Shown: one piece after another, positions 8,714-19,408 of the stretch
How positions within the stretch are numbered: the first letter of the stretch is position 1
How the letters are laid out: each line of letters starts with the position of its first letter
NCBI GenBank assembly: GCA_963658625.1
Contig: CAVKRC010000003.1
Coordinates: 24,352 to 88,351 of the forward strand
Direction of reading: 5' to 3'
Length of the DNA: 64,000 bases
From: a bacterium
Lineage (GTDB): Bacteria; Bacteroidota; Bacteroidia; Bacteroidales; Rikenellaceae
Position numbers and translations under genes: made by a program
Notes under the pieces: generated by a model
What the model saw: only the letters and a program-made list of their open reading frames with translations
Database searches by the model: none
What the model was told of the DNA's origin: nothing

Positions 8714-10654
8714 ATGAAAGAAAACAACACCCCCGCTTCATTGCCGGCAAATGCCTACACGGAACTTAAAGAGGGCGAAACATATCGCCCGCTGATGCAG
8801 GCAGAGAGCACCCCTGCCGAAGCGACGCCCTATTCGGTCTCGCTCGGCGTCGTTATGGCAGTCATCTTTTCCGCCGCAGCTGCATTCCTCGGGCTTAAAG
8901 TCGGTCAGGTATTCGAGGCTGCAATCCCTATCGCGATACTTGCCGTCGGCATAGGCAATATGCGCGGCAGAAAGGGTATGCTCGGGCAGAATGTAATAGT
9001 CCAGTCCATCGGTGCATGCTCGGGCGTGATAGTCGCGGGTGCGATATTCACGATGCCCGCGCTCTACATTCTCGGTTTGGAAGCGCAGTTCTATCAGGTG
9101 TTCCTCTCGTCGCTGTTGGGCGGTGTGCTCGGCATCGTGCTGCTGATTCCGTTCCGCAAATATTTCGTCAAGGATATGCACGGCAAATATCCGTTCCCCG
9201 AGGCTACGGCGACTACCGAGGTACTCGTTTCGGGAGAGAAGGGCGGTGAGCAGACCAAACTGCTTGCTGTCGCAGGTGCAGTCGGCGGATTGTACGATTT
9301 CGTGGTCTCGACATTCGGAGCATGGGCAGAGACCGTCTCGACGCAGATGTGCGGTTGGGGCGCGGCAATAGCCGAGCGGTTCAAAGTCGAATTTTCGCTC
9401 AACACGGGTGCGGCGGTGCTCGGTTTGGGATATATCATAGGTCTGAAATATGCCGTTATCATCACCGCGGGTTCGTGCCTCGTGTGGTTCGTCATCATTC
9501 CGCTCGTGGGCTATGTCGCTCCCGAGATGGCGGCAGCCTCGCCGACGGATATTTTCAAGGAGGTTGGTCGACCGCTCGGCATAGGCGGTATCGCCATGGC
9601 GGGACTTATCGGCATTATCCGTCAGGCGGGCATCATCAAGCAGGCTGCTTCGCTCGCCGTCGGCGAATTGCGCGGCGGTAAGGGTAAGGCGGAGGCGCAG
9701 GAGCGCACGCAACGCGATTTGCCGATGCGCACGATCTTGTCGGTGCTTATCGCAACGCTCGCAGCCACCGTTTTCTTCTTCCAATTCGGTGTCCTGCATA
9801 ATGTTATGCAGACCTGCGTGGCGACGCTTATCGTATTCGTCATAGCATTCCTTTTCACTACGGTCGCTGCCAACGCAATCGCCATAGTCGGCTCCAATCC
9901 TGTGTCGGGCATGACGCTGATGACCCTGATTTTGAGTTCGCTCGTGCTCGTGTCGGTCGGGCTGAACGGTACGGCGGGTATGACAGCCGCGCTGATTATC
10001 GGCGGCGTGGTCTGCACGGCTCTTTCGATGGCGGGCGGTTTCATCACCGACCTCAAAATCGGCTACTGGCTCGGCACTACGCCGCGCAAGCAGGAGGGTT
10101 GGAAATTCCTCGGCACGGCGGTCTCGGCAGCCACGGTTGCGGGCGTGATGATGATTATGAACCAAACCTACGGCTTCGGCGAGGACAGTGTGCTGGTCGC
10201 TCCGCAGGCAAATGCCATGGCGGCGGTCATCAAACCGCTTATGGAGGGCGGACAGACGCCGTGGATTCTCTATTTCGCGGGCGCGGTGCTTGCACTGACG
10301 CTTACGTTTATCGGCGTGCCGGCTCTGGCATTCGCGTTAGGTATGTTTATCCCGATGTCGCTCAACGCTCCGCTCGTTGTCGGCGGACTTATCGCGTGGT
10401 TCGTCGGTTCGCGAAGCAAGGACGCGGCGCAGAATAAGGCGCGTTTCGACCGCGGTACGCTTATCGCTTCGGGCTTCATTGCGGGCGGTGCATTGATGGG
10501 TGTCGTTTCGGCAATCCTCAAATTCGCGGGTGCCGACTGGTTCTGCACCGAATGGGCGGAGTCCGATGGCGCAGGCGCACTCGGCTTGGCGATGTACATC
10601 GCGCTCGTTGTCTATATGACCCTCCACACCCTCCGCGCAAAGAAAGAAGACTAA
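8714..10654 (+). CDS. OPT family oligopeptide transporter
   Basis: Many TM segments; LGLKVGQVFEAAIP, YPFPEATA, NPVSGMT, TDLKIGYWLG, APQANAM. Confidence 0.92.
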   Translation: MKENNTPASLPANAYTELKEGETYRPLMQAESTPAEATPYSVSLGVVMAVIFSAAAAFLGLKVGQVFEAAIPIAILAVGIGNMRGRKGMLGQNVIVQSIGACSGVIVAGAIFTMPALYILGLEAQFYQVFLSSLLGGVLGIVLLIPFRKYFVKDMHGKYPFPEATATTEVLVSGEKGGEQTKLLAVAGAVGGLYDFVVSTFGAWAETVSTQMCGWGAAIAERFKVEFSLNTGAAVLGLGYIIGLKYAVIITAGSCLVWFVIIPLVGYVAPEMAAASPTDIFKEVGRPLGIGGIAMAGLIGIIRQAGIIKQAASLAVGELRGGKGKAEAQERTQRDLPMRTILSVLIATLAATVFFFQFGVLHNVMQTCVATLIVFVIAFLFTTVAANAIAIVGSNPVSGMTLMTLILSSLVLVSVGLNGTAGMTAALIIGGVVCTALSMAGGFITDLKIGYWLGTTPRKQEGWKFLGTAVSAATVAGVMMIMNQTYGFGEDSVLVAPQANAMAAVIKPLMEGGQTPWILYFAGAVLALTLTFIGVPALAFALGMFIPMSLNAPLVVGGLIAWFVGSRSKDAAQNKARFDRGTLIASGFIAGGALMGVVSAILKFAGADWFCTEWAESDGAGALGLAMYIALVVYMTLHTLRAKKED

Positions 10655-10667
10655 AAAACTTACATAT

Positions 10668-11885
10668 ATGGAACTGAAAGAGAGATTTTTGAAATATGTC
10701 GCAATCGACACGCAGTCGTGCGAGGAGAGCGAAACATTCCCGTCGGCGGAGAAGGAGTGGACGCTCCTCAATCTGTTAGTCGAGGAGATGAAGGCACTCG
10801 GACTGACCGAGGTCTCGATTGACAAATACGGCTATGCGATGGGTACGATACCTGCAAGCAATGGTTGCGAAAATGCGCACGTAATCGGATTTTTGGCGCA
10901 TGTCGATACATCGCCCGATATGAGCGGTGCGAACGTCCGCCCGCGCATTATCGAGAACTACGACGGCAGCGACATAGTACTCAACAATGCGCTCACGATG
11001 CGCGTCGAGGAGTTCCCCGAGTTGAAAAATTTTATCGGACACACGCTTATCCACACCGACGGCACTACCCTTTTGGGTGCCGACGACAAGGCGGGCGTTG
11101 CCGAGATTATGAGCGCGGCGGAGTACCTGATGGCTCACCCCGAAGTGAAGCACGGCAAAATCCGCATAGGCTTCACGCCCGACGAGGAGATAGGTCGCGG
11201 TGTCGATTTCTTCGATGTCAAGGCGTTCGGAGCCGATTTCGCCTATACTATGGACGGCGGTTACGAGGGTGAGTTGGAGTATGAGAATTTCAATGCCGCC
11301 TCCGCGAAAATCGCCATTCAGGGTCGCAATGTCCACCCCGGCTATGCCAAGGGCAAGATGATTAACGCCATCGAGGTTGCCTGCGAACTCAACGCGCTGA
11401 TACCCGCCGAGCAGCGTCCGCAATACACCGAGGGTTACGAGGGGTTCTACCACTGCGTGGGCATCAACGGCACGGTCGAGCAGGCGTCGATTTCCTACAT
11501 TATCCGCGACCACGATGCGGAGCGTTTCGAGCAGAAAAAGGTGTGGATGTGGAGCGCGGTCGATTTGCTCAAAAAGAGATACGGCGAGGGCGTGCTTACG
11601 CTGACGCTCAAAGACCAATACTACAATATGCGCAAGATGGTCGAGCCGCACCCGCAGGTCATCGAACTCGCCAAACAGGCTATGCTCGATGCGGGCGTTA
11701 CGCCTATTGTCCGCCCTATTCGCGGCGGTACGGACGGCGCGCGGCTCTCGTTTATGGGACTGCCGTGTCCGAACATCTTTGCAGGCGGAATGAACTTCCA
11801 CGGCAAATTCGAATACTGCTCGCTCGATTCGATGAAGCGCGCCGAGCAGATAATCATCAACCTCGCTAAACTATGGGCAAAATAA
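10668..11885 (+). CDS. pepT: Peptidase T (M20 tripeptidase)
   Basis: AHVDTSPD, LGADDKAG, FTPDEEIGRG, IRGGTDG, NFHG. Confidence 0.95.
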   Translation: MELKERFLKYVAIDTQSCEESETFPSAEKEWTLLNLLVEEMKALGLTEVSIDKYGYAMGTIPASNGCENAHVIGFLAHVDTSPDMSGANVRPRIIENYDGSDIVLNNALTMRVEEFPELKNFIGHTLIHTDGTTLLGADDKAGVAEIMSAAEYLMAHPEVKHGKIRIGFTPDEEIGRGVDFFDVKAFGADFAYTMDGGYEGELEYENFNAASAKIAIQGRNVHPGYAKGKMINAIEVACELNALIPAEQRPQYTEGYEGFYHCVGINGTVEQASISYIIRDHDAERFEQKKVWMWSAVDLLKKRYGEGVLTLTLKDQYYNMRKMVEPHPQVIELAKQAMLDAGVTPIVRPIRGGTDGARLSFMGLPCPNIFAGGMNFHGKFEYCSLDSMKRAEQIIINLAKLWAK

Positions 11886-13426
11886 TGAACAAAAAGTTCC
11901 TTCGTGCGGCACTGCCCGCACTTCCTCTGCTGTCGGCAGGCTGTGCCGACAAGGCGCAGCAGCCGCTTCCGTCGCCTGCGCAACCGAATGTGATTTTCAT
12001 ATTTTCCGACGATGTGGGCATAGGCGATTTGAGTTGCTACGGTGCAACGCGCGTCTCCACGCCCAATATCGACCGCCTTGCCTCGCAGGGTCAGCGTTTT
12101 ACCAACGCCTACGCGACCTCGGCGACAAGTACCCCGTCGCGCTTCGGTCTGCTGACGGGTATGTATCCGTGGCGACTGCCCAACACGCAGATTGCGCCGG
12201 GCAACTCGGAACTTATCATCGACCCCGAGAGTTACACCCTTGCCGACGCCATGCACGATGCGGGCTACGCTACGGGTGCGGTCGGCAAGTGGCACTTGGG
12301 ACTGGGTCCCGAGGGCGGTACGGATTTCAATGTCGAGATTCGTCCCGATGCCCGCGATTTGGGTTTCGACTATGAATATCTGATTCCCGCAACAGTCGAT
12401 AGAGTACCGTGCGTATTCATCGAAAACGGTCGCGTCGTGGGGCTCGACCCGAAAGACCCGATTACGGTCAATTACAAACACAAGGTCGGAAACGAACCTA
12501 CGGGAGCCGAAAATCCCGAACTTCTGCGCCTGCGTCCGAGCCACGGACACGACAACACCATCGTGAACGGCATCTCGCGCATAGGCTGGATGACGGGCGG
12601 CAAGTCGGCTCTGTGGGTCGATGAGGGTATCGCCGATACCATTGCCCTCAAAGCCAAGCAGTTCATCGCCCGCCACAAGGACGAGCCGTTCTTCCTCTAT
12701 ATGGGAACGAACGACGTCCACGTTCCGCGCGTTCCGCACCCTCGTTTTGCGGGTAAGAGCGGATTGGGCACCCGTGGCGACGTGATTCTGCAACTCGATT
12801 GGACTGTGGGCGAGATTATGAACACGCTCGACAGCCTCGGCATAGCCGACAATACGTTGCTGATTTTCACCTCCGATAATGGTCCCGCCATCGACGACGG
12901 CTATCAGGACGAGGCGTTTATGCGTCTGAACGGGCATACCCCGTCGGGCATCTACCGCGGCGGCAAATACAGCCTTTACGAGGCAGGTACGCGCATTCCG
13001 TTCATCGTGCGCTGGGCTGACTATGTACGTCCGGGTGTGCAGAAGGCGATTTTCTCGCAAATCGACGTATTCCGCTCGCTCGCCGCACTTACGGGCGTTA
13101 CGCTGCCCGACGGTGCCGCTCCCGACAGCCGCGACCATTTGGCAGAGTTGCTCGGTACGGGACACGCCGATCGTGAGTACATCATTGAGCAGAATCGCCA
13201 GAATACTTTGGCAATTATGAGCAACGGCTGGAAGTACTTCGAGCCGAGCGACAAGCAGACCTACGAGTACCGCAAATCGGTCGAGTTGGGCAATTCGCCT
13301 GTTCCGCAACTCTATAACATTGCCAAGGACGAGCGCGAGCAACACGATGTGGCAGCCGAACACCCCGACATAGTCGAGGCTCTCGCCGCCAAACTCGAAG
13401 CGGTCAAAAACGAAATAAAAAAATAG
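11885..13426 (+). CDS. Sulfatase (Ser-type, S1 family), predicted lipoprotein
   Basis: Lipobox LSAGC; PNVIFIFSDD, STPSR (S-x-P-x-R), GKWHLG, SDNG, GGK..LYEAGTRIP; start at the TAATG overlap (11885). Confidence 0.9.
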   Translation: MNKKFLRAALPALPLLSAGCADKAQQPLPSPAQPNVIFIFSDDVGIGDLSCYGATRVSTPNIDRLASQGQRFTNAYATSATSTPSRFGLLTGMYPWRLPNTQIAPGNSELIIDPESYTLADAMHDAGYATGAVGKWHLGLGPEGGTDFNVEIRPDARDLGFDYEYLIPATVDRVPCVFIENGRVVGLDPKDPITVNYKHKVGNEPTGAENPELLRLRPSHGHDNTIVNGISRIGWMTGGKSALWVDEGIADTIALKAKQFIARHKDEPFFLYMGTNDVHVPRVPHPRFAGKSGLGTRGDVILQLDWTVGEIMNTLDSLGIADNTLLIFTSDNGPAIDDGYQDEAFMRLNGHTPSGIYRGGKYSLYEAGTRIPFIVRWADYVRPGVQKAIFSQIDVFRSLAALTGVTLPDGAAPDSRDHLAELLGTGHADREYIIEQNRQNTLAIMSNGWKYFEPSDKQTYEYRKSVELGNSPVPQLYNIAKDEREQHDVAAEHPDIVEALAAKLEAVKNEIKK

Positions 13427-13437
13427 AAACACGCTGT

Positions 13438-15336
13438 ATGAAACGATACGGGTTTGTCAAGGTTGCCGCAGCGACGCCGCTCGTGCGCATTGCCGACTGC
13501 CACACCAACATCGAATCCATCGCCGCGCTTTTGCGCGAAGCGGTCGGACGGGGAGTGAGCATCACGGTATTTCCCGAACTTTCGCTCACGGGCTACACCT
13601 GCGGCGATTTGTTCCAGCAGTCGCGCCTGTTGGCGGCTGCCGAGGAGTCGCTTGCCGAACTGCTGGCGATGCGCATTCCTACCGTCGCCATCGTCGGTAT
13701 GCCGATAACCTACAAGAACAATCTCTACAACTGCGCCGTCGTCATCGCGGGCGACCGCATCTGCGGCGTGGTGCCGAAGAGTTATATTCCGAACTACTCC
13801 GAATTTTACGAAAGCCGCTGGTTCGCCTCGGGTCGCGACATTCGCAACACGACCATCGACCTTTGCGGGCAGAAGGTTCGTATGGGCAGCGACCTGCTCT
13901 TTTCGATTGAGGGAACGGTGTTCGGCGTGGAGATTTGCGAGGATTTGTGGGTACCTGCCCCGCCGTCGTCGGATATGGCGTTGAGCGGTGCCAAACTGCT
14001 GTTCAACCTCTCGGCAACGCCCGAAATCGTCGGCAAACACGCCTACATACGCTCGCTCGTCGAACAACAGTCGGCGCGTACGCTCTGCGGCTACATCTAC
14101 TGCTCGGCAGGCATCGGCGAATCATCGACGGACCTCGTATTTACGGGCAACGGGCTTATCGCCGAGAACGGCACCATCATCGCCGCCCGCGAGCGGTTCG
14201 TGCGCAAACCGATGCTGACGGTTGCCGACATCGATGTCGAGTATCTCGAAAACGAGCGTCGCCGCCACACATCGTTCATCAACCTCGACGGACTGTACGA
14301 CGTCATCGACGTCGCCTGCGCCATTGCCGACAGCCCCGTCGAGCGCAAGGTGTCGCCTGCGCCATTCATTCCGCACGACACGGACGCGGGTTGCCGCGAG
14401 ATTTTCAGCATACAGACCGCCGGTCTTGCCCAACGTCTCACTCATACGCACTGCACGAAGGCGGTAATCGGCATCTCGGGCGGATTGGATTCGACGCTCT
14501 CGCTGCTTGCGACCGTCGCCACGTTCGATATGCTCTCTCTCGACCGCAAGGGAATAGTCGCCGTAACGATGCCGGGCTTCGGCACGACCGACCGCACTTA
14601 TACCAACGCCCTCGCGCTGATGCACGAATTGGGCGTATCGGTACGCGAAATCTCGATTAAGGCGGCTTGCGAACAGCATTTCCGCGACATCGGGTTGGAC
14701 GCCTCCGACCGCAGCGCGGCATACGAAAATTCGCAGGCGCGCGAGCGCACGCAGATACTTATGGACATCGCCAATGCTGTCGGCGGTATGGTCATAGGCA
14801 CGGGCGATTTGAGCGAGGCGGCACTCGGCTGGGCGACCTACAACGGCGACCATATGTCGATGTACAACGTGAACTGCTCTATTCCCAAGGGTTTGGTGCG
14901 CGTATTGGTCGAGTGGGTTGCCCGCAACGACGCGAGCGAAGCCGTCCGCGCCACCTTGCAGGATATAGTCGCCACACCTGTGAGCCCCGAATTGTTACCG
15001 GCAGACGACAAGGGCGAAATTGCACAAAAGACCGAGGATTTGGTGGGTCCCTACGAACTGCACGACTTTTTCATCTACCAGTTTATGCGCAACGCATTCG
15101 CTCCGCGCAAGATAATGTTCCTTGCCGAGCGTGCATTCAGCGGGAAATATCCGCGCGAGACCATAAAACATTGGCTCGTTGTATTCCTGCGCCGATTCTT
15201 CGCACAGCAGTACAAGCGTTCGGCAGTCCCCGACGGACCGAAAATCGGGTCGGTATCGCTCTCGCCGCGCGGCGACTGGCGTATGCCTTCCGATGCGACC
15301 GTCAGCGAGTGGCTCGCCGAAGCGGAGCAGGCTTAA
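13438..15336 (+). CDS. nadE: Glutamine-dependent NAD+ synthetase
   Basis: Nitrilase domain (FPELSLTGY, EICEDLW) plus synthetase domain (GISGGLDS, ENSQARER, GTGDLSE, SPRGDWRMPSD). Confidence 0.95.
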   Translation: MKRYGFVKVAAATPLVRIADCHTNIESIAALLREAVGRGVSITVFPELSLTGYTCGDLFQQSRLLAAAEESLAELLAMRIPTVAIVGMPITYKNNLYNCAVVIAGDRICGVVPKSYIPNYSEFYESRWFASGRDIRNTTIDLCGQKVRMGSDLLFSIEGTVFGVEICEDLWVPAPPSSDMALSGAKLLFNLSATPEIVGKHAYIRSLVEQQSARTLCGYIYCSAGIGESSTDLVFTGNGLIAENGTIIAARERFVRKPMLTVADIDVEYLENERRRHTSFINLDGLYDVIDVACAIADSPVERKVSPAPFIPHDTDAGCREIFSIQTAGLAQRLTHTHCTKAVIGISGGLDSTLSLLATVATFDMLSLDRKGIVAVTMPGFGTTDRTYTNALALMHELGVSVREISIKAACEQHFRDIGLDASDRSAAYENSQARERTQILMDIANAVGGMVIGTGDLSEAALGWATYNGDHMSMYNVNCSIPKGLVRVLVEWVARNDASEAVRATLQDIVATPVSPELLPADDKGEIAQKTEDLVGPYELHDFFIYQFMRNAFAPRKIMFLAERAFSGKYPRETIKHWLVVFLRRFFAQQYKRSAVPDGPKIGSVSLSPRGDWRMPSDATVSEWLAEAEQA

Positions 15337-15342
15337 AACGGC

Positions 15343-15377
15343 AATCGGCGCGAACCCAAAGTTCGCGCCGATTCTTT
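15343..15377. terminator. Terminator hairpin between convergent nadE and HAD genes
   Basis: AATCGGCGCGAAC / GTTCGCGCCGATT perfect 13-bp stem. Confidence 0.75.
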
Positions 15378-15398
15378 GTAATAGAACTACCCTTTCGT

Positions 15399-16007
15399 CT
15401 AATTTTCCGACAAAAATTCCAACACCCGTTGCGGTGCAACGGCAGGGTCGTCGAATTGTATTGCGGCAAAGCCCAATGCCCGCGCAGCCTCGACGTTGGC
15501 AAGGTTGTCGTCGATAAAGAGGCACTCCTCCGCCCGCAGGTCGTAGCGGTCGAGCAAACGGCGATATATTTCGGGTTCGGGCTTGATAACGTGTTCCTCT
15601 CCCGAGACAACTATACCCTCGAATTTCGAGAAAAAGCCGAACCGCGCGTATGCCTCGCCTATCGTCTCCGCCTCCCAGTTGGTCAGACCGTAAAGGCGAT
15701 AGCCGCGACGCTCCGCCTCGTTCAGCAATGCGATGCCTTCGGGGATTTCGCCTTTTAGCATCTCGCCCCAACGCTCCTTGAATAGAGCAATCGGCTCGGC
15801 ATAGTCGGGAAATTGCGCCTGCAAGCGACGGACATTCTCTGCCATCGGTACACCGCGGTCGTTGTCGGCATTCCACTCAGCGGAATAGACGTGCGAGAGG
15901 AAATACTCCATCGCCTCGTCGTCGTTGAAATAGGTGCGGTACATGTGGCGCGGGTTCCAGTCGAGCAATACCCCGCCGAAATCGAAAACTACATTGCGGA
16001 TTGCCAT
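15399..16007 (-). CDS. HAD family phosphatase
   Basis: VFDFGGVL (motif I), LTN, KPEPEIY, FIDDNLANV. Confidence 0.9.
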   Translation of the reverse strand: MAIRNVVFDFGGVLLDWNPRHMYRTYFNDDEAMEYFLSHVYSAEWNADNDRGVPMAENVRRLQAQFPDYAEPIALFKERWGEMLKGEIPEGIALLNEAERRGYRLYGLTNWEAETIGEAYARFGFFSKFEGIVVSGEEHVIKPEPEIYRRLLDRYDLRAEECLFIDDNLANVEAARALGFAAIQFDDPAVAPQRVLEFLSEN

Positions 16008-16011
16008 ACGT

Positions 16012-16485
16012 CTATTCGTGATGATAAGGTTCGTTGTTGATTATGGTGAATGCGCGATAGAGTTGTTCGGCGAAAATCGCGCGGACTATCTGATGCGAAA
16101 ATGTCATACGCGAGAGCGACAACTTGCCGTCGGCGCGCGCATAGACCGCATCGGAGAAGCCGTAAGGACCGCCGATGACTAATACCAGCCGCCTTAACCC
16201 GCTCGCCATACGCTTTTGCAGCCACGCGGCAAATTCGACGGAGCGCAGTTCGTCGCCGTGCTCGTCGAGCAATACCAGAAAGTCGCCCTCACCCACCTGC
16301 CTCAAAATCGCCTCGCCCTCGGCTGTACGCTGTTGCGACTGCGAGAGTTTGCGGGTGTTGCGAATATCGGGAATATAGATAATCGAGAATTTGGCATAGA
16401 AGTTTATGCGACGGGCGTACATCGCCACCAGCGCATCGACCTCTGCCGAGTCGGTCTTGCCGACAACCACCAAATCGATGTTCAT
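16012..16485 (-). CDS. rlmH: 23S rRNA pseudouridine-1915 N3-methyltransferase
   Basis: VGKT, LDEHG, IGGPYGFS, LSLSRMTFSHQ, EQLYRA, EPYHHE. Confidence 0.95.
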   Translation of the reverse strand: MNIDLVVVGKTDSAEVDALVAMYARRINFYAKFSIIYIPDIRNTRKLSQSQQRTAEGEAILRQVGEGDFLVLLDEHGDELRSVEFAAWLQKRMASGLRRLVLVIGGPYGFSDAVYARADGKLSLSRMTFSHQIVRAIFAEQLYRAFTIINNEPYHHE

Positions 16486-16489
16486 CGCC

Positions 16490-17803
16490 CTACTCTATTT
16501 TGTCGAGGTCGGTATTCCATTCGCCGTCGGCACTCGTGCATACGACAGCGCGCGAATGCTCGACCGATTTGAGCCACTCGTAAGCCTTGTACATATTGTA
16601 GCCGTTGCCCGCACGGTCGCCGCCCAATGCGTATGCGATGATGCAGGAGTGGTTGCGCGTGCGGTAGTACATCGCCTTGACCCGCCCGACATATTCGTCG
16701 GCAAGAGCGGGTTTGTTCGACGGCGTGCCGTTTTCGGTACGGTCGGCAGAGTGTTGTGCCGGATTGTTGTTGGCGCGCTCCACCACATACATACCCAGCC
16801 CGTCGCACAGGTCGTAGAACCACGACGGTTGCGGATTGGAAGGCAGCAGCGTATTTATTCCCTTCGCTTTCAGGGCGCGTATCTCCGCAAGAGCCTCCTT
16901 GCGCGTCGAACGGGCATTATATACCGCCGAACGCACCTTTATCGCCTTGCCGTTGCGCATCAAATGCAGTGAGTCGAACGACGCGGAGCCGAGACCCGCG
17001 CGGAACGGTATGTATTCGCGCGGTTTGCCGTCGCGCTTGACGAACAGCATCAACTTGTAGAGCGGAGCGCGCCCATTGCCCCACGCAAATCCCTTTGCCG
17101 CACCGAGATTGACGCGAACGCGCAAAGTATCTAACGAGTGCCCCGCCACCGTCATCTCACGGACGGCATAGTCGATAAGTTTGCCGTCGGGCGCATAGAT
17201 GTCGTAGCCGATATTGATTTGCTCGGGATAGTTGAACGAATTTTCGGCAATCACGTCCAATGCAAGCAGCGCATTCGCCCCCTTGTCGTCGTGGCGGATT
17301 GCCACATCGTAGTCGAAAATATGCGCCTTGTACTGGGCGAATATGCAACAGCCCTCGAACTGCTCGCACAGCCGACCTACGGCGTCGTCGCCCAATTCGG
17401 GATTCTCCGCACGTCGCAGACGCAGTGCGATTTCGTTTTCGCCCTGACGCAAAAACGGCGAAATCAGAAAGTCGGCAGGCGTTACGCCGTCCTCGTTCGA
17501 GGCGATTGCCCTGCCGTTGATGACGACATCGTATGCCTTTATGGTGTTTTCGATATGCAGATATACATCGTAATCGCCCCACGCCACGGGTACGGCGATT
17601 CGCTCGCCCACGGTCTCCACGCGATCGGCTGCCGAAATAGGCTTCGGCGCGTATTTGAGGTAGTGCACCGTGTTGGTACGATTGCCCGCCAACGCATCGG
17701 CACGGGTGTCGAACGTTACAAATTCCGAACGGTATATTCGCTGACCGCAGGCTGCCGATGCAATGAGCAGCAGCGCACAGGTCGCCGACAAAAATTTTCT
17801 CAT
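16490..17803 (-). CDS. Secreted GH2 (LacZ-like) protein with degenerate active site and truncated TIM barrel
   Basis: Start MRKFLSATC (17803). GH2-like segments LRQGENEIAL, PLYKL, FYDLCDGLGMYVV, RTRNHSCIIAYALGGD, AGNGYN; catalytic NE replaced. Confidence 0.75.
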   Translation of the reverse strand: MRKFLSATCALLLIASAACGQRIYRSEFVTFDTRADALAGNRTNTVHYLKYAPKPISAADRVETVGERIAVPVAWGDYDVYLHIENTIKAYDVVINGRAIASNEDGVTPADFLISPFLRQGENEIALRLRRAENPELGDDAVGRLCEQFEGCCIFAQYKAHIFDYDVAIRHDDKGANALLALDVIAENSFNYPEQINIGYDIYAPDGKLIDYAVREMTVAGHSLDTLRVRVNLGAAKGFAWGNGRAPLYKLMLFVKRDGKPREYIPFRAGLGSASFDSLHLMRNGKAIKVRSAVYNARSTRKEALAEIRALKAKGINTLLPSNPQPSWFYDLCDGLGMYVVERANNNPAQHSADRTENGTPSNKPALADEYVGRVKAMYYRTRNHSCIIAYALGGDRAGNGYNMYKAYEWLKSVEHSRAVVCTSADGEWNTDLDKIE

Positions 17804-17862
17804 AATCCCCTCCTTTTCGATTCGCAAATATACACAGATTTCGCCAAAATCGGGCAAATGCG

Positions 17863-17880
17863 ATAATCATATATGATTAT
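17863..17880. promoter_or_regulatory. Perfect 18-bp palindrome, putative operator between the divergent GH2-like gene and asnS
   Basis: ATAATCATATATGATTAT is its own reverse complement. Confidence 0.45.
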
Positions 17881-17961
17881 GGAGGCAAAAACGGATTTAT
17901 TTTGTAATTTTGCAATGTTGTAACGAAAACTGAAAATCGAATAACAAAAACATACGAAACA

Positions 17962-19341
17962 ATGAGAATTGCTCAATTACTCAAATCGACCGACTACGGT
18001 ACCGATGTCGTTGTCAAAGGCTGGGTGCGCACCAAGCGCGGCAACAAAAACGTGGCTTTCATCGCCCTCAACGACGGTTCGTGCGTAGCCAACATTCAGA
18101 TTGTCGCCGACCTCGCCAAATTCGCGGACGATACGCTCAAACCCGTAACCACGGGTGCCTGCGTATGCGTTCACGGCAAATTGGTCGAGAGCCTCGGCGC
18201 AGGTCAGGGCGTAGAGGTGCAGGCGGAGAGCATCGAGGTTTACGGCACAGCCGACCCCGATACCTACCCGTTGCAGAAAAAGGGACACACGCTCGAATTT
18301 CTGCGCGACATCGCCTACCTGCGTCCGCGTACCAACACCTTCGGCGCGATACTCCGTATCCGCCACGCCATGGCATACGCCATTCACAAATACTTCAACG
18401 ACCGCGGTTTCTATTATCTGCACACTCCGCTCATCACCGCTTCGGACTGCGAGGGTGCGGGCGCGATGTTTCAGGTAACGACGCTCGATTTGAACAATCT
18501 GCCCAAGACCGACGACGGCAAGGTCGATTACTCGCAGGATTTCTTCGGCAAGCCTTGCAGTCTGACCGTTTCTGGACAGTTGGAGGGCGAACTCGGGGCG
18601 TTGTCGCTCGGACAGATTTACACCTTCGGTCCTACGTTCCGTGCCGAAAATTCCAACACCCCGCGCCACTTGGCGGAGTTCTGGATGATTGAGCCGGAGA
18701 TGGCGTTCTACGACTTGGAGGACAATATGGAGTTGGCGGAGGATTTCCTCAAATACCTTATCCGCTACGCCTTGGAGAACTGCCGCGAGGATCTCGATTT
18801 TATGAACAAGATGTGGGACAACGAACTCATCGAGCGTCTCAAATTCGTTACCGAAAACGATTTCGTCCGCCTCGACTACACCGAGGGCGTGCGCATACTC
18901 AAAGAGTCGGGACGCAAGTTCGAGTTCCCGTGCGACTGGGGTTGCGACCTGCAAAGCGAGCACGAGCGTTACCTCGTCGAGGAGCATTTCAAACGTCCCG
19001 TAATCCTCATCAACTACCCGAAGGAGATAAAGGCGTTCTATATGAAACAGAACGAGGACGGCAAGACGGTACGCGCAATGGACGTATTGTTCCCGAAAAT
19101 AGGCGAAATCATAGGCGGTTCGGAGCGCGAAGCCGACTTTGGCAAACTTAGTGCAAGGGTTAAGGAACTGAATATGCCCGAGAAAGATATTTGGTGGTAT
19201 CTGAACACCCGCCGTTGGGGTTCGGCTCCGCACTCGGGATTCGGCTTGGGATTCGAGCGTCTGCTGCTCTTCGTTACGGGTATGGGCAACATTCGCGACG
19301 TGATTCCGTTCCCTCGCACCCCGAAGAATGCCGAGTTTTAG
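17962..19341 (+). CDS. asnS: Asparagine--tRNA ligase
   Basis: [54 protein letters not shown]. Confidence 0.97.
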   Translation: MRIAQLLKSTDYGTDVVVKGWVRTKRGNKNVAFIALNDGSCVANIQIVADLAKFADDTLKPVTTGACVCVHGKLVESLGAGQGVEVQAESIEVYGTADPDTYPLQKKGHTLEFLRDIAYLRPRTNTFGAILRIRHAMAYAIHKYFNDRGFYYLHTPLITASDCEGAGAMFQVTTLDLNNLPKTDDGKVDYSQDFFGKPCSLTVSGQLEGELGALSLGQIYTFGPTFRAENSNTPRHLAEFWMIEPEMAFYDLEDNMELAEDFLKYLIRYALENCREDLDFMNKMWDNELIERLKFVTENDFVRLDYTEGVRILKESGRKFEFPCDWGCDLQSEHERYLVEEHFKRPVILINYPKEIKAFYMKQNEDGKTVRAMDVLFPKIGEIIGGSEREADFGKLSARVKELNMPEKDIWWYLNTRRWGSAPHSGFGLGFERLLLFVTGMGNIRDVIPFPRTPKNAEF

Positions 19342-19408
19342 GGCATTCGGGGAGTAGGCTGCGGGGCGGAACCGACTGACAGGAAAACACCTTAAAAATT
19401 TTGCGCGT

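Noticed and set aside
17858..17886. Possible dif (XerCD) site
   Set aside because: ATAAT...TTATG resembles dif only superficially; spacing and the XerD arm (TTATGTTAAAT) do not match
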